Assembly (NCBI GenBank): GCA_002269645.1
Contig: NIVC01001076.1
Span: 62,001-126,000 of the forward strand
Origin: Macrostomum lignano
Lineage: Eukaryota
Direction of reading: 5' to 3'
Length of the DNA: 64,000 nucleotides
Every line of letters starts with the position of its first letter. The first letter of the stretch is position 1. The notes below the pieces were generated by a model that ran no database searches, had not been told where the DNA came from, and saw only the letters and a list, made by a program, of their open reading frames with translations. Below, in pieces: positions 11,263 to 24,507 of this stretch. The position numbers and the translations under genes were made by a program.

Positions 11263-12883
11263 ACTAAGAGCTTGGCAAGTTTCTAGTTCGCAGCACTGCA
11301 TTGGATCAGGAAACAGGCCATAATTTCTCACGGACAGCAGTTAATTAGCAAAGTACAGAAAAGCAGGTGTCAGTGCGGCATCAGCGCCAATATATCTCCA
11401 TGAATCTCCATAAGTTGACAGTCGGACCTGACAATGAGGATATTTCATCTTACTCAGCAGACTCAAAGCCCTATTAGCCAATAATTGCCACCCCAAGGGA
11501 ATCCCGTCAGCAGAAAACACAGCCTTCCTAAGACAGATAGCACGAGTCCCACTAACGGAGAGGAAATATAAATGCAATATTCAGTCGGAGTGAAGTGGCG
11601 AAGTAAATGAGCAGAGAATCGAGACGTGACAGCAACGCTTCTTGAGAGGTTTGGAGCAGCCGCATGGGCCTGCTTAGGCAAACACAAGAGAGCAGCCAAA
11701 GTAGCTTATTTGCTGAACAAGAAGGCCTTTAGATATGAATAAGAATACTTTAAAGTGTTCTTTTTGCATTGGGAATAGCAACTGACTTATCTGGCTGACA
11801 ATTACGGCTGGGCAGATGGGGGCGATTGACTGATAACTAATCGTTATGTTTGTCATAGTACGAGCGAATGTTATCGATTGAGATAATTTGCAGACAGACG
11901 GTTTAAGTCGAGCATTAAGTTTAGTCAAGTAGGAGACTAAAAGTTACCTGCAGCGATGCATTTGGCTCGTAGGAGCTACAAAAGGGGGGTTGAACCGTTG
12001 GCAAAGACTGCTGTTTTCAAGCCGTTTGTGCATCTGCAAAGGTTTCCAGCCCATAGGAGCAGCAATCTTCCAAGCAAGCTTCATCGGGTCTGCAAAGCGA
12101 CCGAATGATAGCCTGCGTATCGGATTCTAACCATTAATTAGGCATGAATGCCAGCCGGGAGCATCACTGGTATCTAAGATTGCAGGATGCGCTTGGCACA
12201 GCGGACCCCAACCCTGCGAGTTACATGTGGATGCATTTTGTCGGGGAGATGCAAATATATCCCGCTGTTACTTTCGGTAACTATGCCGCACCGTGAACTT
12301 TATTCAGGTCTTGTATAGTTTTGTGGTGACGCAAACTGAAAGCTTTGGTAATCGAGAAAAGTTCTTCAAAAAAATCTGACCCTGGACAACTGAAGTAGAC
12401 GCACGCTACGCTTGATTTTCATAGAAGTTCTCTAGAACGACCTGATTTTTCTAGCGCAGAATTTCTTGATGGCGAAACCGCATTCAGCGCTTACATGCCT
12501 TCTCTCTAGAGCAGACTAAATGCACCAGCGATACTACAGATATTACCGGCCTCCATCTCGTTTCTAAGAAACCTGAGTGTAGCGTCCTTGTACTCCTGTC
12601 CTGTATGGGGCGTCAAATGTAGGGCGAGTGGTTTTCAACAAGAACATCCTTGAAGATCCAGTAACAACAGTAGCTATGGGTGAAATGTGGGGCCAGCCGG
12701 TAGCTATTGAGACACGTAAAGCAGTTTCAAAGAATAAAATTGCCGCTACATTTCATTTTGCTTAGTATATTTAATACTGTTAGTAGTAAAAACAAAAATA
12801 ATAAAACCGGACGCCGTTAAACAACTTTGCAGGCCGCACATCAGCATCTGCTAAATTAGACTTGAAGAAGTGCCCAACACGAC

Positions 12884-14065
12884 ATGAACTGTACAGTTAA
12901 GGAGACCGACCCTCTGGAAGTGGCTCTGCTGGTTGTCACTCCGGTGCTGGTGGTACTGGGCGTGGCCGCTAACTCCATCAATATAGTCGTGCTCACCAGG
13001 AAGTGGATGGCTTCATCAACTAACAACTATCTGACAGCTCTGGCCGTGACGGATCTGACTTACCTGTCAGTGTTCTACATCATCACCGTGAAGTTCTATC
13101 CAGGCGTGCTCTACAATCAGTGGTTCGCTCACATCTTGAGCTACTTGTTTCCACTGGCCAACCTGCTTAGCAACTACGCCACCTGGCTTACCTGCCTGTT
13201 CACATTCGAACGCTGGCTGGTGATCTACAAGCCAATGCTGGGCAGAAAGTATTGCACTCGGCGCCGAGCCAAGCACCTGATGCTTGGCCTGTTTCTGGCT
13301 ACCAGCCTGTTCACGTCGCCGAACTTTTTCGAGTATCGCGCAGTGCCTAAGGAGCTGCGCTGCGGCAACGCCACGCAGACTGTCTATGGCCTGGGCCCGA
13401 CGGACGCGTACAGTGTGATCAAGCGTCTCGGCTATTACCACGTCTTTGTGAGCATCTTCGTGTTCGGCCCGCTCCTATTTCTGGTGGTGTTCAATGGACT
13501 GCTAATACGCAGCGTTGTTGTAGCCCGACGCAAGCGAGCCGCTCTAGGCAGTAGCGAGGGGGCCACCTGCTCGAACAGCCTGTCTAACAAGCGGTCGGCT
13601 GCCGAGCAGCAGAAGGTGACAACTATGCTTATTGCCGTGGTTCTGGTCTTCTGTCTGTGCCAGCTGCCGTCCGCCATCATGACGCTCAAGAAGGCAATGC
13701 AACGATCCGACGACCGTAAGAAAAGCCGCGGTACCGCGGAGAGAGTCGCCAACGCGCTCGTCAACATCCTTCTGCTGGCCAATGCCGCTTGTAACTTTGT
13801 TCTGTACTCGTGCTTCTCAACGAGGTTTCGCAACACTTTCCGACAGGTGTTTCTGGGATGCAGGAACTCGGGACCCGGTGGCCGCAGCGGCGGAGGCGGA
13901 GGCGGTGCTGGTGTCACTGGCGGTGCCAGGGACGTCGCAGACGCGGAAGAGCTTCAGCAGTTGAGGTCGGCGGCGCCAACTGGAAAGGGCAATGATGGTC
14001 GTGAGTTCGATTCCTATCGACACGGACGACAACAAGCAAAGGAATTGTCGGCTGCATTCGACTAA
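12884..14065 (+). CDS. Intronless rhodopsin-family (class A) GPCR, FMRFamide/sex-peptide-receptor-like neuropeptide receptor, 393 aa
   Basis: Seven hydrophobic segments with class A motifs: TM1 ANSINIVVL, TM2 YLTALAVTDL, TM3 TFERW (E/DRY variant), TM4 SPNFFEY, TM6 VTTMLIAVVLVFCLCQLP and TM7 NAACNFVLY. N-glycosylation sequon NCT at the N-terminus. Confidence 0.92.
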   Translation: MNCTVKETDPLEVALLVVTPVLVVLGVAANSINIVVLTRKWMASSTNNYLTALAVTDLTYLSVFYIITVKFYPGVLYNQWFAHILSYLFPLANLLSNYATWLTCLFTFERWLVIYKPMLGRKYCTRRRAKHLMLGLFLATSLFTSPNFFEYRAVPKELRCGNATQTVYGLGPTDAYSVIKRLGYYHVFVSIFVFGPLLFLVVFNGLLIRSVVVARRKRAALGSSEGATCSNSLSNKRSAAEQQKVTTMLIAVVLVFCLCQLPSAIMTLKKAMQRSDDRKKSRGTAERVANALVNILLLANAACNFVLYSCFSTRFRNTFRQVFLGCRNSGPGGRSGGGGGGAGVTGGARDVADAEELQQLRSAAPTGKGNDGREFDSYRHGRQQAKELSAAFD

Positions 14066-14452
14066 AGTAAATATTCAAGCGCACAGTCGCCACCTGCTGA
14101 TAGAGCTCTTCTGAGAAAATTCATACTGTCTTCACCCGATCCCAGCTGGACATTTCCATGACTGCATGCACGATTTCCACATTATCAAAACTTTTTGTTC
14201 TTCTTCATTTTCAAAAAGTTTTGCTGTAAATACGGTAGATATCCGAAAAAAATCAATTAGCTCATCTTCAATAGGTCAGTTAATTACCGCTCTGCTATTT
14301 ACTTGCACTACTGGCGTACTGTAGTTCGCTGTTACACAAATTTACATTTGTAGTTAGCCTGCTAGTCTATGCGGTACTGAAACGACCCTCTCTGATAATG
14401 TCTATGGCTAAAAGATCACATATTTATTAGTACGAGGCCAGTGGGCACGAAA

Positions 14453-14992
14453 CCCGCATAGCAAAATTACGTATCCAATAGAAAGTGGGACGTCTCGATT
14501 GTCGGCTGATTTTCCATGCAAGAATGGCATTCTTGCACTCTTTTGCGTGCAGGAATGGATGTCTATGGTAAAATCTCACTGAAAAAGCATTAGGCGCAGA
14601 AATGCATTCCTGCACGGTTTTGTGCATTCCTGCACGATGAATCATCCGACAATGGAATTCCTTCACGTTCACTCGTGCGTGAAGGACATCGTGCACTCGT
14701 GACCGTGCAGGAATATATCAATACGTAACTTTTTTGGTTGCAGGAACGTCCTTGATACGCATCCAATTTTTATGATCCTCTAAAGAAGCTCGTTTCTACA
14801 AAAATGGCGGAATAAATAATCAATAAAATTACAAACATTATCTGTTCACCATTTTTGTAGAAACGAGCTTCTTTAGAGGATCATTAGAGGATCATAAAAA
14901 TTGGATACGTATCAAGAACGTTCCTGCAACCAAAAAAGTTACGTATCGGAGACGTCCCACTTTCTATTGGATACGTAATTTTGCTATCCGGG
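14453..14992. mobile_element. 540-bp palindromic MITE (non-autonomous DNA transposon)
   Basis: Termini CCCGCATAGCAAAATTACGTATCC and GGATACGTAATTTTGCTATCCGGG; inner arms at 14722-14807 and 14849-14945; AAA flanks both ends. Confidence 0.8.
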
Positions 14993-17900
14993 AAATGCGT
15001 TTCACACCTGCCAAGGACTGTCTGTAGTAAATCCTCACAGGGTGTTGTGCCAACCCGTGAAGTTCTACGGCGTATAAAGAGCATCATACCTTGGCCATGG
15101 AGAAAATAATGACCTTGGCTAACTACAACACTACTGTTTAATAGGCAATTCTGTCCGCCTTCGTCCGTCACGATTGCCCGATTATGTTGTCTAGGGTTTT
15201 ATTTACAGGCCAGCTAGCTAAAATACAAACATTAATTGCAAGTTTGGATATATTGGACATGGTTTGGATGTTCAATATTTCAGGTTTGCTTGTCTAATTT
15301 ATGTGTCAAGTTTCTAAATCAGAAATTCGAGTGTTGTCTATGGCCCCAGGCTATATAAAATTCCAACTTTGGATGCACAATATACGAGTATTTAAGCATG
15401 ACAGAAGCTCGATCTTTAATTAAGAAGCCCAAATTTCTTTGCTTACAATAATTAATTAGTATGTCTCATAGTTGTTATATTCCAGCTATATATGATCTTC
15501 ATGGTATAGCTTAATCTTTAGAATCTGCAAAATTAGTCTTGTTTGAAAAAGCAAATTACTTAAAAATCGAACTACAATTCTACACAGAGAGTTGCCTATC
15601 TCATATATTTTTGTTGTCGAATTCGTGAATGATTCGAAACCTTAAAAATATAATTAATTATAATTATATTATAACAGGCTCTGTCGTGAAAAGGCCATTT
15701 ATATTTTCCTTTGCTCCAACCCAAACGATGAGCATCAAGTTTTTTAAATTTATTGCTAGCTAAACGGTTATCGGCAAACGGACCGCGATGCATCTGCATG
15801 GCTGTATAGCTGGAACTTTAAAACTACAGACAGAAGGTTCATGCAGTCTGTTTTCTGAGCAGAGATTTTCAATAAGTTTTGAAACTCATATACATGGCTC
15901 TGTATTATTATACATGTACATGTACATGTCAGGACTCAACTCGGCTAGTCTCCCTAGATCCCCACATGTACATCATGTCGTATATAGGGCAATAATTAAT
16001 ACATTGCACATGTTTACCGTTACTAGGTAATGCAAAGTTTTCTATATATGAAGTTTAAGAATTTCAATTATTGCTGTTTTTGTGAGCAAAACTAAACAGC
16101 TTGCTGCTGTGTACACACAATTTACATATACAGTAATATAATCTGCGATTGAGGAGCTAGGTTTGATAGATAATTTTTGCGAGTATATGTATTGGTCTTC
16201 AACCCTCCTGTAGGAGTCTATTGGATCATAACCAATATATAGCTGCTTATTGATCAGCTTGATTAACTAGCTAATACGAGTAGTACAATCTGCGTGCAGC
16301 TGGGTAAGGACAATACATGTGGGAAGTCGTCTGTTTGTAAAAATTAAAAAATGTAAAAATAAAAAGTTTCGCAAAGTGCACTGCCTTCGATTACATATAT
16401 CCTTATATCCTAGTAGCTTTAACTGATACCAGCTGCTAAAGCGTTTTAAGAGTGCTCAGGGACCAGTTTAGCCACTGCCATGCCACTAGCCATCAGAGGC
16501 TCGAGAACAGGATATATATTACGGGCATTGAAGAAAGTAAGATTAACAAAATAATAGCTTAGAAGGGTTACTTCGCTTGTTTCAGAGATACTGCTTACTT
16601 CAGTTTTCTAAAATAAAAGTTTTCAAAATAGAAAATGACTATTTATTACTGCATATTTTGTTGACCGTGTATGTTTTTTTAGTTTGACATCCTTTTTTCC
16701 TTCCTCGCGATCGCTTTTTTAACTCTCTAAATTTATGCTTTCTTAATAAAATTTTGTGAAGTTGTGAATCAGACTGCAGGAAAACTCAAGCTAATATTTA
16801 TCGAAGAAAACTAACTAGGCCTAGTTCCTGCTTCTGATTAAAGTCCATTAATTCTTCCCGAGAAAAACTGGTTTTTGGCTTCAAGTGAAACCGCTGTAGT
16901 AGCTAAGCTAACAACAGTAGCTAAATTGCAATTCTGATTTAAAACTGTTGAAGCTGACTAAAATGGCATATTTAAGTATTTGGGTTAGATTTAGTTTTCT
17001 TAGCATCAGTCTAATGCTTCTTTCTACTGATCATGGTAAGTTTGTGTCTTATTTATTATTACCATAGATCTTTTTAACTGTTTGCTTTGTACTATGAGTG
17101 ATAGGTATACATATAGGCCTGGTAGATATACTTTGATTGAAAAAATATTGTATTTAATATAAAAAATATTTAAAAAGCACATATGATATGTTGTACCTGT
17201 TACCATTTCTGCTCCTCTCTAATATGTTTTTTACATAGTAGTGTTCCACTATAAGGCGGGTCTATATACCATAACCATAGCCATAGCCTGTAGCTATAAG
17301 CAAAGTACAGCTTATTCCAATTCTCCATATTCCGTAGCCATAGGGACCCCAATATTACCATATTCCTGTAGTTCCTGTAGCTATAGCCATAGTTTTAACA
17401 AAAAGTAAAAAACAAAATATTTTGAATCAAGAAGATAACCTAGTGCTTAAACAACTGCAAATTAAATTAGAAAATAAAAGAAACACTTAATTGTCTTTGT
17501 AAGATTATATCTTGTCTTTTTTTAGAGCAACAATACTTAATCATTATTAAAAGTACTAACACTAAACTTTTTCACATTAATAAAAATTAGAGTTTGCTAG
17601 TGTTTTATTGTACTTTTTAAGGTATATTTTATAAGTTTCTAGGTTGATAATACAGTTTACTAAAAGTATCTTTGTTTTACTCTACCTGTTTCTAATATTT
17701 TTTCAATTTTTAACATTTATTAATAACTATGGCTATGGGAATCTATGGAATGTGACAGCAACTACCATATTTCCCTAGTCATATCCATAGTTGTTGTAGG
17801 CACCTATTTTACCATATTTGCCATAGGATCCTGTAAGCCATAGCTATGGCTATGGCGGAATACTACATATAAATATTACAAAGCAATTTCTTAGGCCCTA

Positions 17901-20484
17901 ATAATAGTTTATGGAATAAAAATATTTTTACATTTTTCTAGGCATTCTGATCATTACTGATGGATAGCAAGCCTACAATGGCCTGAAAAACCACACAATC
18001 ATCAATCAGATGATCCTTCAGTTTCCACTTTAAATTATTTAAACTCTTTTTTGAACTTTTTAGAGTCTAACAAGCTCATAGAGTTCTCGCAAGAGTTCAC
18101 AGAGTTCTACATAGGGTAGTAGTGTGTTATCCAGTAGAGGATATTGCCAAAGTGCTGATAGGGGAAAGTTTGGCGCCACATGAACTCCTGCAGGTATGTT
18201 TCAAACAAATTGTCACTAGTTCCATGCATAGCTTGAAACTTGGCTTTGCAGTTGCCCCATATTCCCTCTATAGTATTAGTGTAAGCCGCTGAGTTGTTGG
18301 GGACTTCAGCTGCAGGAACAATAAATTATGGCACTGAAGGCTGGCTAGCCATACTGGCAGTAGCTGAAAAGTTAAAAAATGGGTTTAAAAAATTAGAGTG
18401 GGAAACTGAAGGATAATGGTGCCAAAATCTATACCAAAACCATTTATAGAATATAAGGGTCTTGGGCCAAGTCAAGGCCAAATTCAAGGCTATGCCAAGT
18501 GCTATTTTCCAGGGAAAGACTAAGGAGGTCTGCAACTTTATATATTGGCTGCAATATTACTACTGAATACTGACTATAAAAATAACTTATCTAACACTTA
18601 CCAACCTTTTCAGGCCTAGGCCTATATTTGAAAAGTTAAATAAAAATATAAAATAATTTAATGCCACAAAGTAAGAGATGGTTATCATGTCTAATTGTCT
18701 ATGTTAAGACAAACTTAAGTATGTTTACCATTTCATGCTTTAAGACTAATGCTAGAGAAAAAATTATAATTTTCAATCATTTATGGCAGATTTTTTACTA
18801 GGTTTATACTATATACCTGGCATAATAAATAGGGAGAGATGGTAGTCATCTATGAATATAGCATAAAAACTTAGCAATGATCATGTAAATTTAGATATAG
18901 AAGTTGTTTATTAAAAAAATTAAATGCTTTTATTTTTATATGAAATTAAAATGAATAAGTATAAAATAAAAAATATAAAAATTTAGAAGTTGTTGGATTG
19001 TGGCAAAATTTCTAGAATATATATTTTGTTTTACTTTTTAACATGATATCTATGTTATTTACATTTTGCTTTCAAATGAAACTTAGTTATTCCAAAAATC
19101 ATTTATAATTGTTTATTGTGCCAATTCATTTTAGTTCTTATACCAGGCATTTTTGACAAATTTTGCCTTGTTGTAACAGTGTATTGTTAAGTAGACACCT
19201 CCTTGGCAGATAGCAATTAAATTAAGCAATTGAAACTTTGTTAGATCAAATCAATATATATAGTGGGTTAGCTAGTCAGTTAATCAGTTATATCAATTAG
19301 ATTTATACAGTTAAATTAGGCTTTATTTACTTGACTGACTGGATCATGCTCAAGGGTGCTAGCAAAATAAAGCTGAGAACAGGGGCATGCTACTAGCAAT
19401 GGCAGACAATGGGAAGAGGATTGTGCTAGATAGACAAAGTGGCAATCCTTCAGTTTATAATCACCGTCTATTTTGCCTGTTTTGTTTTACAATCACCTTC
19501 TATTTTTCTAGTTTTGGTTTACGATCACCTTATATTTTGTTTATTGCAGTGCAAAAATAGATAGTGTGTTCAAAACTAAGACATAAAAACCAACAGTAGT
19601 TTCAAATAAAAAGAAAGCAAAAGTTGGCTGATCAACTAACTTTGTTTATTTGAAATTTAAAAGATTTGTACATTGGTTCACTAGTACTAGCTTATATATA
19701 TATATCACATTCAGTTTACAATCATTCAAAGCTGGCTGTAGGAAAGCATGTCAACCCTAGCTTAGTATAATTAATCTTCAGCGCCGCATCCTCTCTCACT
19801 TTCAGTTTATGATCACTTCTACATATGCATTCCATTGAAATGATCGTGAAACAAAGCTGGCTATAGGAAAACATGTTAACCCTTAGTACACTTTCTTATG
19901 GCCAGCTTTGGTTCATGATCATTTTAATAGGCAACATACATTTGGGTGAAGTATAGTAAACCAAAGGTGAAATATATAGGCTACTGTAGCTCAAACTTGC
20001 AACTTGGTCTTGACAGTTGAAATTAGTTTGACAGGTTTTCCTACTGCTAGCTTCGGTTTGTGATCATTTTAATGGGCAACATAAGTTTGGGTGATCATAA
20101 ACTGAAGGTGAAATATATGGTGCTACGACAATCTTACCATCTTTTAAAATAAACAAAGTCAGTTCGCCAACATTTGATTTTGTTTCATTGGAAACTATGG
20201 ATTTTATGTCTTAAAACTGTTTTTTTTATGGTGATTGTCACTGTTTAAGGTGATTGTCACTGTTTGGGGTGATCATAAACCAAAGGAATGCCAACAAAAC
20301 ATGCATAAGGGGCGAGGATAAGGAAAGACAAGCATGTGAGCTACAGTTTTAAAACCTTGCCAGGGAATCTACTTTTGGATAATAAAGTTCCACAATTGTT
20401 GTTACATTGATTACAATTATTTCAGTATGGAAAGGAAATAATACTTAATCTTAAAGAAAAATCTGTTTCTTTTTTCTTTTTTAG

Positions 20485-22709
20485 TGTTATCACGGCCAGT
20501 TCCAAGTCATGATAGTTTTGAAAGGACATCAGAAACGATGAAGACAAGTGGTGCTTTGCAAAGGACACTTGATGACTCAGCTATCAATTTTGATGCACAG
20601 AAAAAGCTCAGTCCAATCAAAAAAGGCAAACTTTCAAAGGTTGATGGAACAGAGTCTAATAAGAAGGTTGAAAATATTGGAATGTATGTGCATGATGGAA
20701 CACAATCTGACAGGAAGGCTGCCAACTCTGATGGAATAGACACTAGCAAGAAGACTATAGACACTGGAAAGTTTAATGGAGTGGAGACTGGCACAAAGTC
20801 TATGGACTCATCAAAGTCTGATAGAACAAAATCTAGCAGGAAGGCGACTGACACGGGAAAATCTGATGAAACAGAATCTGGCAAGAAGACGGCTGAGACA
20901 GGAAAGTCTGATGGAACAGAGCCTGGCAAAAAGACAACAGACACTGAAAGTAAAAAATCTGATGGGACAGAATCTGGCAGGAAGGCTCCCAAGTCTGATG
21001 AAACGCAGCCTGGCAAGAAGGCTTCGGACACATTAAAGACTGATAGAACAGAGCTTGAAAAGATGACTGACACTGGAAAGTCTGATGGAACAGAGTCTGG
21101 CAAGAAGTCGGCTGACACCGGGAAATCTGATGGAACAGAGTCTGACAAGAAGACGGTTTACACTGGGAAATCTGATGGAACAGAGTCTGGCAAGATGGCT
21201 GACACTGGAAAGTCTGATGGAACAGAGTCTGGCAAGAAGACGGCTGACACCGGGAAATCTGCTAGAACAGAGTCTGACAAGAAGATGGCTGACACTCGAA
21301 AATCTGATGGAACAGAGTCTGGCAAGAAGTCGGCTGACACTCGAAAATCTGATGGAACAGAGTCTGACAAGAAGACGGTTTACACTGGGAAATCTGATGG
21401 AACAGAGTCTGGCAAGAAGATGGCTGACACTGGAAAGTCTGATGGAACAGAGTCTGACAAGAAGACGGTTTACACTGGGAAATCTGGTGGAACAGAGTCT
21501 GTCAAGAAGATGGCTGAAACTGGTAAGTCTGATGGAACAGAGTCTGGCAAGAAGATGGCTGACACTGGAAAGTCTGATGGAACAGAGTCTGGCAAGAAGA
21601 CGGCTGACACTCGAAAATCTGATGGAACAGAGTCTGACAAGAAGACGGTTTACACTGGGAAATCTGATGGAACAGAGTCTGGCAAGATGGCTGACACTGG
21701 AAAGTCTGATGGAACAGAGTCTGGCAAGAAGACGGCTGACACCGGGAAATCTGCTAGAACAGAGTCTGACAAGAAGACGGCTGACACTCGAAAATCTGAT
21801 GGAACAGAGTCTGGCAAGAAGTCGGCTGACACCGGGAAATCTGCTGGAACAGAGTCTGGCGAGAAGACGGCTGACACTGGAAAGTCTGATGGAACAGAGT
21901 CTGTCAAGAAGACGGCTGACACTGGAAAGTCTGATGGAACAGAGTCTGGCAAGAAGACGGCTGACACTCGAAAATCTGATGGAACAGAGTCTGACAAGAA
22001 GACGGTTTACACTGGGAAATCTGATGGAACAGAGTCTGGCAAGAAGATGGCTGACACTGGAAAGTCTGATGGAACAGAGTCTGACAAGAAGACGGTTTAC
22101 ACTGGGAAATCTGGTGGAACAGAGTCTGTCAAGAAGATGGCTGAAACTGGTAAGTCTGATGGAACAGAGTCTGGCAAGAAGATGGCTGACACTGGAAAGT
22201 CTGATGGAACAGAGTCTGGCAAGAAGACGGCTGACACTCGAAAATCTGATGGAATAGAGTCTGGCAAGAAGATGGCTGACACTCGAAAGTCTGATGGAAC
22301 AGAGTCTGGCAAGAAGGCGGTTTACACTGGGAAATCTGATGGAACAGAGTCTGGCAAGAAGATGGCTGACACTCGAAAATCTGATGGAACAGAGTCTGGC
22401 AAGAAGATGGCTGACACTCGAAAATCTGATGGAACAGAGTCTGGCAAGAAGACGGCTTACACTGGGAAATCTGATGGAACAAAATCTGGCAAGAAGGCTT
22501 TTGACACTGTAGTATCTGATAACGCCAAATATGGTAGTTATGATTTTCATCAAAGTGTTGGGCCCATTCCTGATTGGCGTAAGATAGGCAAATCCTACAA
22601 AGGTGACAAGCCCACAGATGCTGCTGGATCAAATAAAATAATCTTTATCTTCATTGTTACTGTTTTTGTTTTTGGCGGATTATATGTTATCTACCACAAA
22701 AAGCAGAAG
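20485..22709 (+). CDS. TGOLN2-like: TGN38/TGOLN2-KCT2-like type I membrane protein, large penultimate exon (15-aa repeat ectodomain plus TM)
   Basis: Strong acceptor (T-rich)TTAG|TG and donor AAG|GTAATT. About 32 copies of TGKSDGTESGKKTAD are followed by the TM IIFIFIVTVFVFGGLYVIY and HKKQK. The upstream signal-peptide exon was not identified. Confidence 0.85.
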
Positions 22710-22840
22710 GTAATTCACATCTTTATAATAATCTGCAATTTTAGTATATTTGGATTATACAATGCTACTGTTAGTAGAGTAGCCTGACAGTTTGAGTATT
22801 TGCAGTCAAAACTTAAATTTTAAAACCAAACCGCCCTTAG

Positions 22841-23014
22841 ATCATTGCCTACATCGTTGAGGGTCGTCGGGTCGGCGGCCCTCGCAGTCGCTCGGGCAGT
22901 CGTCGTACATCCGCCAGCAGCACAGGGAGCGGTTACAAGCAGGTGCCAACTGACGAGCAAGTTCTGCTACCAGATACTAAGAAACCGGAATCTGTGCAGA
23001 ATTTTATCTATTGA
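22841..23014 (+). CDS. TGOLN2-like: TGN38/TGOLN2-KCT2-like protein, last exon (cytoplasmic tail)
   Basis: Phase-0 acceptor CTTAG|ATC gives HKKQK|IIAYIVEGRR...SGYKQVPTDEQ...QNFIY*. This matches the HNKRKIIAFVLEGKR, YxxPhi and C-terminal (N/D)YI(F/Y) signature of the family. Confidence 0.88.
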   Translation: MIAYIVEGRRVGGPRSRSGSRRTSASSTGSGYKQVPTDEQVLLPDTKKPESVQNFIY

Positions 23015-24507
23015 ATAAAGACTAACGTGACGTTGAATAAGAAACTAATAAATAATAGCTAGAAAGTGAGGTAACGATATGGCTATTGTGCTGTGTCCTG
23101 TGTTGCGACATCAGCTATAAACATTAAGTCAAACTGATTTGTTCAATACAAAAATCCTCTGTGTTGCCAATTCGATTTGCATGGTATGCTTCTCTCTGCT
23201 GAGCTCATGCCCGTATCTTGCACTGTTTGTATTTATTTTTCGATACAGAAAGCTTCATAAGCAGTTTTTTATTCTCTGGAGTAACTTCGCTCAAAATTAT
23301 TCAGTTTATGTTGCAAACGGAAATTTTTACTTTGCCTTCTTATCACATCTCAATAGCTAGCTTAAGGGCACTGTGCACGAACTTCTGAGTACTCCTGTTC
23401 GCTCTGGGTTAGTACACAAGGCTTTTATCTATCTATTAAAAAAAATTGGTTTCATTCAATATTGCGAAAAAAACAAGTTTTCATTCGATTCTGATTTTTC
23501 GTTCGATACTCTGCCTTTTGTTCAACAGTTTGCATGCCGACTGCAGCTGAGTTTTCTTTTTCAGACATTCATTCTACACTATTTTTGTTGCTGTTCCTTG
23601 CTATTTTATGTAGACCTGCTGATTTATCGACTAGCTTGTTATGATAATAAAAACCATCTTTATGTACTTTTTCTACTTTCGCAAAATATGATTTACATGT
23701 AACATGTTGTTAAGGAGTCAAGGACGCAAAAATCGTATATATATTCCTAATCCTAATGATTGCTCTTATTCGAGTTATATGTGCTAAATTTTTGCAGAGA
23801 GGCTTGTGCGTGCTTCTGTACGTATGGCAGCGTTCTACCTATGGATTTGAACAATTATAACGCATCCTTGAGCAGCCCGCTGGTCAGTACATTAAATAAG
23901 TAAACAATACTTATCTTTCTCTTTATTTTTCTTGCCCTACGGTCAACGGGTCCTTTTTGTCGATTTAAAACCAACGGGTTTTGGGTACAGTACTAAAATG
24001 TCCTTTTTATACTTCCATAAAATGAGTGCGTTCTTATGTACACTAGCTTAATTTATTGAACAAATGAATGGTCAAAAAACTTTTTGCTGTTGTCGATTTT
24101 GGAGCAGCGTATATCGACCTCAAGTTTCTCTGTAACTCTCACTAGTAGCTGGCTAAATTATATATATATATATATATATATATAGGGTGTGGGGAGTGTG
24201 TCGCGCGTGAGAATCTCTTCCCTATTCATTGCCGTGGATTCGCAGAATGATTTTGGTGAACGCATAGGACGGTTCTACCTGCTGTAATTGTACGCATTCA
24301 TGCATTAAGCCAAGTGCGGTGATGATGGGTAAGGATGGGGTTGAGAGTAAAGATGGAAATCCTGACGAATAAACACTAGAGGTGATGCGATTTGGAATTC
24401 AGTAACCGTAGAAGCAATAGCAATTTTTCTGCCCAGAGACTCATAGTTTTTCTTATTTGCTTGATTTCATCAATACACCCCAATTTCGCCAATATAATTG
24501 GCTAAAA

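Noticed and set aside
17270-17860. CCATAG/CTATGG inverted motifs suggesting a MITE
   Set aside because: Short low-complexity matches with no definable TIR or TSD.
16451-18193. Candidate upstream exons (16451-16536, 18135-18193) for the TGN38-like gene
   Set aside because: Splice sites look plausible and mutually in phase, but there is no signal peptide, no recognisable homology and no phase-compatible link to 20485.
19440-20290. Degenerate repeats with TGATCA/ATCACC cores
   Set aside because: Too diverged to define a unit by eye; likely an old intronic tandem duplication.
21033-22553. 506-aa minus-strand and 390-aa shifted-frame ORFs
   Set aside because: They are open only because the 45-nt repeat lacks stops in those frames; the real frame has splice sites, a TM segment and the family tail.
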